This document shows positions 25,064-37,652 of a stretch of 64,000 nucleotides of DNA, piece by piece. The translations under genes and the position numbers were made by a program. Within the stretch, counting starts at the first letter, position 1. The number at the start of each line of letters is the position of its first letter. Source of the stretch: Gekko japonicus (Eukaryota); assembly GCF_001447785.1 (NCBI RefSeq), contig NW_015159728.1, positions 531,622-595,621 on the forward strand, written 5' to 3'. The notes under the pieces were generated by a model. That model saw only the letters and a list, made by a program, of their open reading frames with translations. It did no database searches and had not been told where the DNA came from.

Positions 25064-25691
25064 GCCAGTGGGCTAGTAAGAATGTTGTGGGCCGATAACT
25101 TTGATGGATTTTTTCTCCTTGTAAATTCCTTAGTTCTTAAATGGTTTTAGTTTGCTGATTTTAGGCTTAAATGCAATATGTGTTTACTCTTTAAACATAT
25201 CTTGCATCAAGAACTCAGGAGTAGATTGCCACCCTGTCTGTCTCATGTTATGTGTCTGGATTGTTGATAGCCTGATAAAATCAGTGAGGTTTTTACTTCA
25301 CAGTAGCCTCTAAAAGCTGAGTGGCTCCTTGGAGAGCTTCTAGTTCTACTGTTCAGGTCGGCCATGGTCTCTCCTACCCTTTACTTATGGCATGTTGGTT
25401 TTCTGCTTCTGAAGGGCTAGTGGGATGGTGCCAGTTCTTCTTGCCCCGCCCAATGTGTTCAAAGTGTATTTGTTTCACAGCCTGCATACCCAGCCATCCC
25501 ACTGCAGAGCAGAAGTCACGAGGGCGCTTGGGCACCTGGCCCAGTAGGATATGTACATTGAAAACACTTCCTGGTAACAGTGCCCACACGCATCCAGAAA
25601 CCTGTTGCTGTGTTGTGAGATCAGAGTTACTTTAATCAGCTGTAAAGTTGTTTTGCCCCATTCCCACCACATTTCTGAGCTCTCTCAGGAC

Positions 25692-25897
25692 CAGTGCTCG
25701 CTCTAAGCAGTAGAGACTTGTGAGCAAAAATTCTACTTTGTGAGCTACTGGCATTAAAGTTGTGAGGAAGCTATTTGGCTACTGCATAAATTGGTTTGCT
25801 CTGGAGCCATCCTTCCTGAGCTAAGACAAAAATGTTTGAGCTGGAGACTAAAAAACTGTGAGCTAGCTCACACTAACTCAGCTTAGAGGGAACACTG
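25692..25897 (+). mobile_element. hAT-type MITE (CAGTGTTCCCTCTAAGC TIR family)
   Basis: TIRs plus 8-bp TSD CTCAGGAC; three copies in window. Confidence 0.85.
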
Positions 25898-26342
25898 CTC
25901 AGGACTGATGTCAAGAAAGCCGGGTCAGGGCAAGGCACAGCATGAGGCAGAAGTGTACTGACTGATAGAAGGTATCCAGACCAACGGTGGCCAACCTTTT
26001 GGGCAAGTGTGCCACAAATCCAGTGCAATACTGTTGAGTGTGCTGCTCTCATGCATGTTAGGCAACATTTGTAGTGCCCATCCCTCTGCCTTGGAGTGGA
26101 ATTGCCCATGCTCTGCTAAGGGAAGGAAGAAGCAGCTGTGCAGCTCAGTATAAACAGGCAGAAGTGCAAGCCTGCTGTTATGCTTCTGTGAGTCCTGCAG
26201 AATCTCTTGCTCCTCCTGTCCAAATGGACAATAAACACCTGCTTCCTGTTCCCATATACTGTAGGCTGGCCATCCATCCTACTGAGTTTCAGCACTGTTT
26301 GCCTCTGTTATCTGTACAGTGATAAAAAAATAATGGGAGAGG

Positions 26343-26621
26343 AGAAGAAGAAGAAGAGATTGGATTTATACCCCGCCCTTCACTACCCAAAGGTGTCTCA
26401 GAGTGGCTTACAAACTCCTTTCCCTTCCCCTCCCCACAACAGACACCCTGGGAGGGAGGCGGGACTGAGAGAACTCTGACAGAAACTGCTCTTTTTCCAA
26501 GAACAGCTGTGCCGGAACTATGGCTTGCCCAAGGTCATCCAGCAGCTGCAAGTGGAGGAGTGGGGAATCAAACCCGGTTCTCCCAGATTAGAGTCCGCGC
26601 ACTTAACCACTACACCAAACT
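26343..26621 (-). mobile_element. Squam3-like SINE
   Basis: High similarity to 10446-10722. Confidence 0.85.
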
Positions 26622-26885
26622 TAAGAATAGTGCCAAAAATGGCAGTGACAAGTGCTGCCACTCTGATAGGAATTGGGAGCCCTTGAGTCCTTGGTTTCCT
26701 AATACAAACAGTTTGAAAAGAACTGAACAAAAGAATGGACAATGCAGTGGACTATGGAAGTGAATGGAAATAATGTCTAGCAGCTTACTTGAGGTATAGA
26801 CAAGGCATGTTGGGAGATGGGTCTCTTATTGAAAGGTACAGCTTTGTCACCTCTGTCTCCAGCAGCGATCCATCACCTTGTGGCC

Positions 26886-27040
26886 ATGAGCCTGGTAGTC
26901 TTTGTCTTCATATTGGCTCTAGCCTCCTTCTGCCAGGCTCTGGAGAACGGGCTCATGAGAACACCCCCAATGGGTTGGCTTGCATGGGAGCGATTTCGTT
27001 GTAATATTGACTGCAAGAATGATCCTCAGAATTGTATCAG
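26886..27040 (+). CDS. NAGA: Alpha-N-acetylgalactosaminidase, coding exon 1 (signal peptide and mature N-terminus)
   Basis: GCCATGA start; [18 protein letters not shown]|[25 protein letters not shown]; donor GTAAGT at 27041. An upstream exon could add residues. Confidence 0.9.
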
Positions 27041-27168
27041 GTAAGTGAAAGAACTTCGGAAACAATGCAGTCTGAACTAAGCTCAGCTCTGTTTTTGTGG
27101 GACAGATCCCTTGCAGAATGCTCAGTGTTGCCCTTTTTCCTGCCATAGGCTACAGGTCTACCTTTCAC

Positions 27169-27374
27169 CAATGCTCCCTCTAAGCTGTGGAGTCTTGTGA
27201 GCAAAAATTCTACTTTGTGAGCTACTGGCATTAAAGTTGTGAGTGAGCGATTTGGGTACTGCATAAATTAGTTTGCTCGGGAGCCATCCTTCCTGAGCTA
27301 AGACAAAAATGTGTGAGCTGGAGGCTAAAAAACTGTGAGCTAGCTCACAATAACTCAGCTTAGAGGAAACACTG
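27169..27374 (+). mobile_element. hAT-type MITE (same family as 25692-25897)
   Basis: TIRs; TSD CCTTTCAC/CCTTTCCC. Confidence 0.85.
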
Positions 27375-28931
27375 CCTTTCCCTATTGAACTTTCTGACTA
27401 TCCCCCCCACTGTTTTCTACTCCTCAAATTATGTTTTCTTGACAGCTCATTGCAGCTTCTTCTGGACAAAGATAACCTGGCCACAGTTAGCCATACTATT
27501 GTAACACCTGAGCTGGATTACTACAATGAGTATGCTTGGGGCTGCCCTTGAAAATTGTTTATAAATGTCAACTGGTTAAGAATGTGGCCCCTAGATTACT
27601 AACTGAAGCATGTCAGTTTGATTGTCTCACACCAGGATAAAAGATCTGCACTGGCTGGCAGTATGTTCTGGAGTACAATTCAAGAAATGGATTTTGACCT
27701 TTGGAGCCCCATAGAGCTTTGGGGGCTTGGCAGTGGCTGCCTGAGACTACTGCTGCCCTGTCCCCACCCAGGAAGCCAGAAGAGCTAATGCTTCTTGCCT
27801 CTTCATTTCCCCCCAAGCTTTTCTAAAACAAGCATGGCAAGTTGTGCATACCATGGCTGTTGGGAATTCTCGAACAAAATGGTGGCCAAAATTCACAAAA
27901 ACAAGGGATCGCACAAGATTTTGGGAAGCCCTAAAGGGCATGGATAACTTTCTGTGCTGCTGAGAGACTGGGGGAGGAGATGGGAAGTATTAGTTTTTTC
28001 AGCTCTTAGCACAGAGGCAGCAGCAAGGTAAGTGCAAGGTACAGAGGGGTAGGAAAGAGGTTGCTGTCCCCTAAAATACTACCTCATGAATGAGCTGACC
28101 TGGACCACAGTGCTTGAGGGACCACCTTCTCTCTTGGGTACGTCCTTTGAGACCTGCTTCGGAGGCCGGTTCTGGATCCTTGGCCATCTGAGATCAAGCT
28201 AGCAGCAATCAGTAAGAGGACTTTCTCAGTGGTAGTGCCCTGTTTATTTTTTTCTTCCTTGAACAGCAGATCCTAAAAGGCAGGGTTTTTTCCTACTGTT
28301 TGGTGCAGAATATCTGATTATGGAAGGAGGGGTACCAAAATGGGCCCTTGCCTGGAATGTTCTACACTAGGATCTTAGTAGCTGAGTTCAGCAATTGCTG
28401 TTTGGGCCACTTTGTTTGTTATGTTTTTAACATATATTTTTATTGTATGCACAAACAAAATGGTATGTCTACCAGCACGTGTGATACAGGGTATATGCAC
28501 AGTCGTATATATAGGGCAGATACAGGGTAGTTCTCGAATGGACATAGCTCCTTCTGCCGTGTTTTTGTACCAAACGTTCTATGGATTCTCAGTGAAGTAG
28601 CCCTTAGAACTGCTTCACTCCCTTGTCAGTGCAGTTTCTGAACAAATTAGGACTTCTTGTAATTTTGCAGTGAGGAGATTTCTGTGGGGAGTAAGGGAAA
28701 ACAATTGTTATGACACTTGGAAGCAGATTGCACAGGATGGAGATAAGTTCGCCATTTGTGGGAGAACAAGCTATAGCAACACTTATAGGAAGCATATTTC
28801 AATACAATGTGCAGCTCTGCAGGATCGCTGGGGTTGTACCTTTTGTGTTTCATATTGCCCCAAATAGTTTATGGTCACTTCAGCTTTTTTTAAAAAAAAA
28901 TCTTCTGTTTTCTGTTTTCTTTGTGGGGCAG

Positions 28932-29106
28932 TGAAAAGCTGTTCGTGGAAATGGCAAACTGCCTGGTGACCGATGGCTGGAAGGATTTGGGCTATGAGTA
29001 TGTGAACATAGATGACTGCTGGATGGCAAAGGAGCGGGATGCCAAAGGACGACTGGTTCCAGATCCTGAGAGATTTCCTAGTGGGATCAAAGCCTTAGCA
29101 GATTAT
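28932..29106 (+). CDS. NAGA: NAGA coding exon 2
   Basis: (S)[35 protein letters not shown]; AG/GT boundaries, 175 nt, phase consistent. Confidence 0.95.
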
Positions 29107-30278
29107 GTGAGTGGACTCTTCTAGTGTAGAAGCAAGATCTAGGTGGTCTCATCTCATCTGTGATTTTTTTAAAGCCTCTGTTGAGGCATGAGCTGTGAGG
29201 ATTAAGCAGTGCGCTGGGCTCCTAACGTATGACTCCTTAAAGGATTAAGGGCTGTAATGTACTTAATTGAGAGTCTGAGCCAGTGGGTTGCTTGTGGAAA
29301 ATTTCTTCAGATCACAACGTGCTTTTACTTGCTTTGCCTCTGTGTCCTCTACTGCTGTTCCAGGTGTGCTGGAATTGGAGGCAACAATAGCACAGGAACA
29401 AAAGGTAGACATTGCAGGAGAGACTGGGGGGATGATTGGAGCTAGGGTGGAGTTTTGGGGAATGGGGAAACATCCTCCACAGAGCAGGCCAGGATTATAG
29501 AAGGAAAGAAAACCCCTCATATCCATGTGCTGTCCTTCTAGAAATCAAGGCAAGGGTGTTGGGAGAAAGAGTAAATCAAACTTCAGTTCTGTGTTCTACA
29601 GTAGCCATATAGTAGAAATATGGTTTGTATGAGAAAGAGTATGCTTCTGATGGCAGATGAATGAATTTTCTAAGATGGGGCAGTTTGAGGTGCTTGACCT
29701 GGGTTAGACTGTATTTTGGGGTTAGTGATTGTGACAAACAGCATGACTTTTGTGTTTGTCCCACACAACTAACCCTCAGAAGTCATTGTTGATATAGTGT
29801 TGAAAAGTTTGTACTATCCTGAATTTAACTCCAACAAGATCTTTATGGTCTGGCTACTAGAAAGGAGACAAAGCCCCACTGAGACCAGGTTCATACACAG
29901 CTTTTATCCTTACACATGAGCACATGTCTGTGGATGCACATTCACAAGAAAAGCATAATGCGACAATGGCAGTAAACCAGTCCATTCAACAGAAATGCCA
30001 GTGACAAAAAAATCAACAGAAATGCCAGTGACTGAAAAGTACTGCCACAGTCACAGAAATTGCTGCCAATTGTATCTGTGTGCCCCTGGTTCTTAATTGT
30101 TTTTCCCCATATAATTCTGGCAGCACACACCTTGGCTGCTTGTGTGTAAGAGAAAGTCATGTGTGAACTTGCTCTTAGAGAACATTAGTTGTGTGTCTCA
30201 TGAAGTATTAAGCTGTGACGTGAACAAAGACGCTTTCCCTTCCAGAAACAGACAAAGGTGCTCGGTACATAATCTCAA

Positions 30279-30922
30279 GGGTGGCGCAGGTGGTTAAACC
30301 GCCTGCTGGTAACATCTGCGAACAGCTGCTACAGCTGTTCAAATCCACTGCGGCCAGAGCTCCCGCCCACCCAGCGGTTCGAAAGCAATAATATCAAGAC
30401 GCAAGTAGATAAATTGGGTACCTGCCTTAGATGGCAGGGAGCACCCTTCCCCGTCAGGGGGGCTGGTGAAGCATTGGCGGCGAGGCGAAGAACAATGACG
30501 GCATCGGCGGCAGGCGGCAAAAATGACAACCGGGCGCAACATCGGCAGCGATCCAGACGTCGGCGGAGGGTGGAGCCAGGAGACGCAGGGAGAGCGTGAG
30601 GCGCAGGCGTGGGCGGAGCCATGACAGACAGAGCCGAAGCCGCGCCAATGTGAACCAAGCACCGAATGGATATACCAACCACAGCCGACACCGAGGGTCG
30701 CAGGAGGAGAAGGAGGAAGAGCCGGAGAGAGCTGTGTCAGCAACGGGCCGAGGGGCCGAATCATGAGTAAGAAGAACAATAACTCCATCTACAGGGTGCC
30801 GGTAGGGCAGTCCCCACCCCGATTAAGTTGTGGCCATAGTTAGGGATAATAGAGTAACTGTAAGCCGCTCAGAGACCCCTTGGGGGGTTCGAGCGGGATA
30901 GAAGCCGAAATAAATAAATAAA
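30279..30922 (+). mobile_element. Chimeric SINE-like element: Sauria-type tRNA head, CpG-rich body, L2-type tail
   Basis: A-box TGGCGCAGGTGG, B-box GTTCAAATCC, Sauria-like GCGGTTCGAAAGCA..CAAGTAGATAAATTGGGTACC, tail TGTAAGCCGCTCAGAG..GAGCGGGATAGAAGCCGAA(ATAA)n. Confidence 0.75.
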
Positions 30923-31005
30923 AAGCATTGCCAAGTGTGGCTTAGTTATTCTACTTGCCTTTGCAAATTCCTCTGTATCTCAGACGTCACAATTTATTTT
31001 GGCAG

Positions 31006-31183
31006 GTACACTCACTGGGGCTGAAGCTTGGCATTTATGGAGACCTCGGTACCCACACTTGTGGCGGGTACCCTGGCACTACATTGGATCAGATCGAACA
31101 GGATGCTTTAACATTTGCAGAATGGGGGGTCGACATGCTGAAGCTAGATGGCTGCTATTCATCAGCAGAATACCAGGCCAAGG
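31006..31183 (+). CDS. NAGA: NAGA coding exon 3 (catalytic nucleophile, KLDGC)
   Basis: [36 protein letters not shown]; 178 nt; AG/GT. Confidence 0.96.
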
Positions 31184-32857
31184 GTAAGAGCCAAGGCTTC
31201 CTGCTTGCCCCTGTGTCTCTCCATCTCTCACACTCTTCCAATCCTGTGCTGCTCCCTCGCTTGACAATGATCAGGTTAAATTAAAATCTAAACCATATAA
31301 GCAAAAATAAAAGTGTTTTTAAAGATCGGATTTTTTGTTATTTAAATGATCATAATAACAATCTGTTTAACAATGAACTAGTTTAAAATGAAATCTGAAT
31401 TCCATCATGCATACAAACAAGCTCGTCAACCTCTGTATGTAAAACTGAATCATGAGTATCTATCAAACACATTAAAATCTGTTTTTCTGCGTAGAAAAGG
31501 GCCGGGGAGGATTATGGCTTCTGATGTTAAGCATTATAAATGGTACAATAAGCCATGCATAGTGTTGGGCTTGGGAGTGAACCTGGGGGAAAGTGCATCA
31601 TCATAAACACAAGGAGCTAGAATATACCATCTGGGCATCCATGGAACCCTATTTTGTGTTTTTCCATTTACTATGGCCTTGAAAATGAATGTGAACATTT
31701 GTGACTCTTCCAGATAAACAATGTAATGCTTGCAAAGCATCTCTTTAAAAAATGTTTGTCTAGTAACTCCCAGCCATTGCTTTGAGAGCCTTAAAGCCCT
31801 ATAAAGCACATGTGTATTTGATAGTAATCCCCACTCTGCTTACAGCTTTAGCCTTCAATTAAGTGATCTTGTTTAATATCATTCCATATGTACAGAGAGC
31901 CAAACAGAAATCTCTCTGAGCTGGTATAATTCCATAGTGTGAGTGGGCTACCTGTTCAAAGTGACTGGTATACTCTGAAATGGCATAATGGTCAGTTTAG
32001 TAGCTAACCAGTGAGGATTAATTAGTGCTATAAGCATTAAGTATGCATGTATGTTCAGGAAGATACAGATTTCAGAACTGTAAATTGGATTGAAATCATG
32101 ATTTAAATCACGTTGACTTTATCAGTCTTTGTTATTGGACTTGGAGATGCTCTATGAGCATATTTCTTTTATGCTGAGACAGATACACACTCTATAGGAT
32201 TGTTACTCTTGAAGTTGCATAAGGTCACCTACTTCTGTTCCCGGTATTCATTCATAATATTCAAAACCTTTTGAAGACCCCTTTTATTACCTCACCATTT
32301 TAAACTGTCCTAAAAAGCAAAAGGTTCTTTTTGTTACTTTATTATTATATTCATTTTGTCACAAAATTCTAGAAGTGCATCCAAAGTGGCTGCAGATACA
32401 GTCATATTAGGACTTTGCCATATGCTTACACAGATGATTGCTCTGTTAAGGGACCAGCCCACCCCAAGAAAGTCAGCCACTGGACAGATTGTTGTAGGTT
32501 AGTTATTGTATGCCTGCTTGCATACAAGACATCCCCCTTTACAAGTGTGTAGCAAGCTACCCATGCCCCATGGAGACAATATACTGAGCTAGATTTTAAA
32601 AGAAGCTTAAGTAAAATCGCTGTGTTTAATGTATATTGCCTACAATATCAGGTCTCAAAAGGTAGCTGATTCTAATAGGGCCACAACACAAAAGTCTCTG
32701 ACCCAAGTTCTAATCAGTCTCATCCCTTGATAGGAGGAGAGCTTGTGCCAGAGACAACAATAAAGCTCTTTATGGGTTAATAATGTCTACATAGAGGCAA
32801 GATGAACATGAGTGGAAAGGGATCTGTAAGAACTTTCAGAGTGGCTCATAGGAATAT

Positions 32858-33580
32858 AAAGTTTGAGTCCAGTGGCACCTTTAAGGCCAACAGAGTTTTA
32901 TTCAAAGTATAAGCTTTTGTGTGCACACATACTTCTTCAGATACATTGAAATGGAAGTTTCCAGTCATTCATATAGGTAGAGGGTGAGCAGCAAATTAGC
33001 ATGTAACATAATGAAGATATTTAATAAATTCAAGGACCAAACAGGAATAACAAGCTTAGTTTATATGGTTACCATTTGTTTGTGTTTAATTGGGGGGGGA
33101 GGGCATAGTGAAGGAAATAAAATATATAAAAATGGGCATTTGGGGACAGCCAATTCCTCCTCAAAGAAGAGGATGCTGTAAGTTCACCTCCATGCTTGAG
33201 AGGAGACAGATGGAGCATAATAGCAGGGTCTCAGTTAATTATCCTCAGCATTCCACAATTAAGAAGTGTACATCTGCACAACAATTTCTGATTTTGATAT
33301 ATTTATTTCCTTCATTAAGTTTTCCCCTGGAATTAAACTCAAACAAATAGTAACCATATAAACTAAGTTGGTTATTTTCATTATGCTCTATGCTAACTTG
33401 CTGCTCAGCCTCTACCTATATGTATGGACTGGTAACTTCCATTTCAGTATATCTGAAGAAGTGTGCATGCACATGAAAGCTTATACCTTGAATAAAACTT
33501 TGTTGGTCTTAAAGGTGCCACTGGACTCAAACCTTGTTCTGCTGCTTCAGATCAACACAGCTACCCACCTGAATCTATCT
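32858..33580. mobile_element. Penelope-like element remnant with inverted pseudo-LTR arms
   Basis: About 200-bp arms in inverted orientation (32858-33090 vs 33331-33532) containing GGCACCTTTAAG..AAGCTT..CTTCTTCAGATAC. Confidence 0.75.
33449..33486 (+). ncRNA. Minimal hammerhead ribozyme motif (Penelope-associated)
   Basis: ATAT-CTGAAGA-A-GTGTGC(AT)GCACAT-GAAA-GCT-T-ATAC: core boxes, stem II, palindromic AGCT stem III, short stem I. Confidence 0.6.
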
Positions 33581-34237
33581 TCATAGTAATATAAAATGTC
33601 ATAAAATCTGAACGTCCAGTATTCAATTAAAAGTCACCATTGGCTATTTTTTTCTACTGATGCAGAGTGCTTTCACTATGCTGAAATCCTTTTGCATTGG
33701 AAAATAGAGTGGAAACTGGTTTGGTTTGTATCTGAACTAACTGGTGATTGTGTCTCTCCTTGGTGCCACAAAACCAGAGTATTTAGAATTGAGCTATTGG
33801 TTTCCAGCATTTTCTGTCTAGTGATCTGAGGTCAGATATAAGCTACATGAATATGGATGGCGGCAGCTCTGCTACCTCCTAACTTTCGAAAGATAGGAAA
33901 GTCTCTTCTCTCTCCTTCCTCTGAGAGTCCCTGCCCCCTTTCCTAGAAAACTGAGAAGGTTTCATTTTCAAGTTAACCAGATGGTATGAGAATGGGACTA
34001 TTTCTGTCCTTAGAGAGGGCTTGCAGGCTCCAGCAGTCACTTGGACCCCAATTTGAGAAACATTGTAAGTCCTCATGACTGAGGTAGATTCTGACCTTGA
34101 GTTGGAGAAGTGCTCATGGGGTGAACAATGCCTTTCTTCTTCTCACCATGCGCCTATCCTCCAAATGTCTATAAAGACCCCACAGCAATTTACTTTGACC
34201 GTTCTTTTGATATTTTATCACTCTTTGTCTGTAAAAG

Positions 34238-34332
34238 GTTATCCTCGAATGACCAGGGCTCTGAATGCAACAGGTCGCCTTATTGCCTATTCCTGTAGTT
34301 GGCCAGCATATCAAGGGGGGCTTCCACCTCAG
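34238..34332 (+). CDS. NAGA: NAGA coding exon 4
   Basis: (G)[31 protein letters not shown]; SCSWPAY is the NAGA-type specificity pocket; 95 nt. Confidence 0.96.
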
Positions 34333-34839
34333 GTGAGGCATCATTGAGAAGGCATTGGGGTTGTATTTTCTTTCTCTTGGTTTAAACTATGCTGCACAGC
34401 TGCCCCTTGAACCATGTTCAGAATTCTGAGCTGAAGCTTCTCACCCTCCATTTTGATGATTGGGGCAGGGGGTGAGTAGAAATATGGCAAGCATTTCCTT
34501 TTATATGGCAAGCAGCAAGTGTTCCTCTCTGATCTTGTACTGGCCTTTGGAAACCCTCAGGAGCCAGTGAGAAGTCTCGTTGCTTCTGAATGTCTCTCAG
34601 GCTTGGTGTTATGTCAGGGACAAGGCCTCACCTTTCCTGTCAAGGGAAGGCCTGAGTCATTGATGGCAGACTTCTCGGCGTGACTCTTCAGAAGGGAACA
34701 CAAAAAACAGAGAAGGGAGGCAAATTATGGTACTGCTCTTTCTCCAGCATTACTGTAGAAAAACACAGCCAATCAATCACATTTGTCCTCTTCCATTGTA
34801 CCACATGGGGTTAGTCCTTACAGCTTCCCTTCCGGTATG

Positions 34840-35104
34840 TTTTTTTCTGAGGCTATCGTACTTTACTTTGGTCATGTTATTAGAAGATGAGACTCACTGG
34901 AAAAGACAATAATGCTAGAAAATGTTAAAGGAAGCAGGAAAAGAGGAAGACCCAACATGAAATGGATTGACACAATAATGAAATCCACAGCCTTCAGTTT
35001 GCATGACCCGAGCAAGACTGTTAATGATAGGATGTTCTGGAGGCCATTAATTCATAGGGTCACCATAAGTCCAAAGTGGCTAGACAGCACTTAACAGACA
35101 CACA
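34840..35104 (+). mobile_element. RTE/BovB-like 3' fragment
   Basis: MLENVKGSRKRGRPNMKWID..; tail GACAGCACTTAACAGACACAC. Confidence 0.75.
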
Positions 35105-35905
35105 TCTTTTTTTCTTATTGATACAGCTTTTTCTTGACGCCTTGGGCACAACACCTTAGTTCTCCCCTACTGAAATGACACCTAAGTATGTGTAGCTACA
35201 TGAATGCATATTCTTCCCCTATTTCTCCCTGCCTCCACTTCCCTGAGTAATCTTCTTAGTCTTAGAATTTTGGGATGCAAGTTCCCTCAGGGCAGGGGCT
35301 GGTCATCTTGTGGTCTACTCTGTACAGTGCCATGCACACTGATAAGCAATAAAATATACTCTAAAAGGGGTCCCTCTCCATCATGTTTCTTTTCGGAGCA
35401 TCCCAGGGGTGTCTAGTTGAACACAGAGTGCTGAAATCATTAGTCCTCTGGCCTGATGCAGCAGTGCATTTCTTATCCATAGGACAGGAACAGGGTGCCG
35501 ATCGAGAGTCCTGGCTTGTCCCATAAGCACTTGTTCATAAGTATCAGTTCAGGGTACAGTGTTACCTGATGAAATATGTTTCCCCAAACCTTGTGTAATA
35601 CTTATACCTTACACAATCCCACAGTTTCTGGTATTTTAGCATAATCTCTAAATTGCTATACTGTCTTGCATTCTTCTCTTTGCCTAGATGACACGCTTTG
35701 GTCACCTTTCACGTTGGATGGCCAAACACATTTTAACTAAAAATTCAACCTTTTGGTGGTAGATGCCCTTTCATTGTCATCAGCTAATTCAACCCCTGAC
35801 AAGCACAGTACTGTGTTTTCTCTCCACCTGCATCTTGTACCACATGATCTTAATAGAGTAAACAGTCCATCTCTGGAACATACTCTCTTGCACACCCTTT
35901 CCCAG

Positions 35906-36067
35906 GTAAACTACACCCTCCTGACCAATGTCTGTAATCTCTGGAGAAACTATGATGACATTCAAGACTCCTGGGACAGCGTCCTCTCCATTGTGGATTG
36001 GTTTTCAAAGAATCAGGATGTGCTTCAGCCACAGGCCGGCCCTGGCCACTGGAATGATCCAGACATG
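35906..36067 (+). CDS. NAGA: NAGA coding exon 5 (acid/base Asp, WRNYDD)
   Basis: [33 protein letters not shown]; 162 nt. Confidence 0.96.
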
Positions 36068-37147
36068 GTAATATTGAACCAAGGAATGTTGAAATGAAAA
36101 CTTGGACTTAACAGGGGAAGTTTCAAAGATAGAAAATGCAATTGCATAGAATTCTTGGCAGGGCTTCTTCCCAGCATTTTACATAACAGGGTGCAAGGCT
36201 AAGTGAAATTATCTTCCTGGCCCAGTCCTCATGGGTATAGTTTAAAAATACCCATGCTGCTGTGCCAGCTTTCTGAAACTAAGCAGGTCTGTTTCTTGGA
36301 TGAGAGACTTCTTGGGAATCCTATGTTGCAGTACCTTGACTCCTGTAATGGGGAGTCCTTGAAAGGCCCATCCTTCTGTATAGCCTGTATTGACCCAATG
36401 TGTGCCATCAAAGCACTTCATGAAGAAGAATCTGCTTTCAGTTACCTGTATGCAGATTTGTGTATTGTGCCCAGAGCAGGTGTAGGATAGGTGCTAAGAG
36501 AACAAGCTGTGATCCAGGAGGTCCTTTGTTCAGATCTTGCCTCTGAGCCAAAGTGGCCTTGGGCAAGCCATTCTCTCTCTCACCCCCACCTTAGCAACTG
36601 GAGATAAAAGTGCTGGCCTTAACAGAGTTGTCGTAACGATTACAAGATGTTTGTGAAACACTGTATCAATTCTGAATTGCTATTTAATTCAACTGTTTAT
36701 ATGGAGAGATAAAGAGCTATATAGGACTCAGGCAATGCCTCCCCCACCACTGAAATGCAACTCATTCCCTCAGACATAACCTTTTTAATCTTCTGAGACT
36801 TCACCAGGCTTGAAAAATTACAGGCAGAGGATGCCTGTTTTTGGAGAGTTTTAAGGACTAGAAACTTGTGTTTTTAATGAAAAAGAAAAGTTGAGATACT
36901 TTGGATGCTGAATTCTGCACCTAATAGCTACTTTCTGTGCTGGCAAGATGTGATCTGGAAATACACCTAACCCTAACAATACCCTCTTAGAACATCTATA
37001 GACACATCTTGGTTCTGGATAACCCAGCCCCAGGACAGTAAACTAACTTGTCACGTTCCCATGTGGTGAAGCTAGAGGGGTCTGCAAAGTCAGCCATTTC
37101 TGCTGACTTTGTATCATGTTTTTTTGCTTCCTTCCTGTGTCCTGCAG

Positions 37148-37345
37148 CTAATCATTGGAAACTTTGGTCTCAGTGAGGAACAGTCCCGGTCCCAGATGGC
37201 CTTATGGACCATCCTTGCTGCACCTCTTTTCCTATCCACAGACCTCCGCACGATTTCTCAAAGTTCCCAGGAGATTCTGCAGAACAAACTGATGATCAAA
37301 ATCAACCAAGATCCCCTGGGAATCCAAGGACACAGAATCCTTCAG
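37148..37345 (+). CDS. NAGA: NAGA coding exon 6
   Basis: [35 protein letters not shown]; 198 nt. Confidence 0.96.
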
Positions 37346-37508
37346 GTAAGAGAATCAGAGAGGCCTGGAGCCTGTGAGTGGCTGAGCAAGCCATGTGACT
37401 CCTTGGAGCCAGAATTTCCTAGAGGATTCAAAGACCTTAGATGGGGGGGCGGGGTTAATACTGGAAGTGTATTACAGCTTTTTTGCTAGTGACACATTGT
37501 TTTCCTAG

Positions 37509-37652
37509 GAGAAATCTCACATAGAAGTGTTCCTGAGGCCACTTTCCAACTCAGCCAGTGCTCTGGTTTTCTTCAGCCGGAGGACAGACATGCCATATCA
37601 CTACACCACCTCCCTTGCCAAGCTCAATTATACACAAAATGCCATATATGAG
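37509..37652 (+). CDS. NAGA: NAGA coding exon 7
   Basis: [48 protein letters not shown]; 144 nt; absent from the ORF track, read by hand. Confidence 0.93.

Noticed and set aside
30329-30788. Minus-strand 120 and 149 aa ORFs
   Set aside because: Low-complexity products of the GC-rich, compositionally skewed SINE body; no recognisable domain
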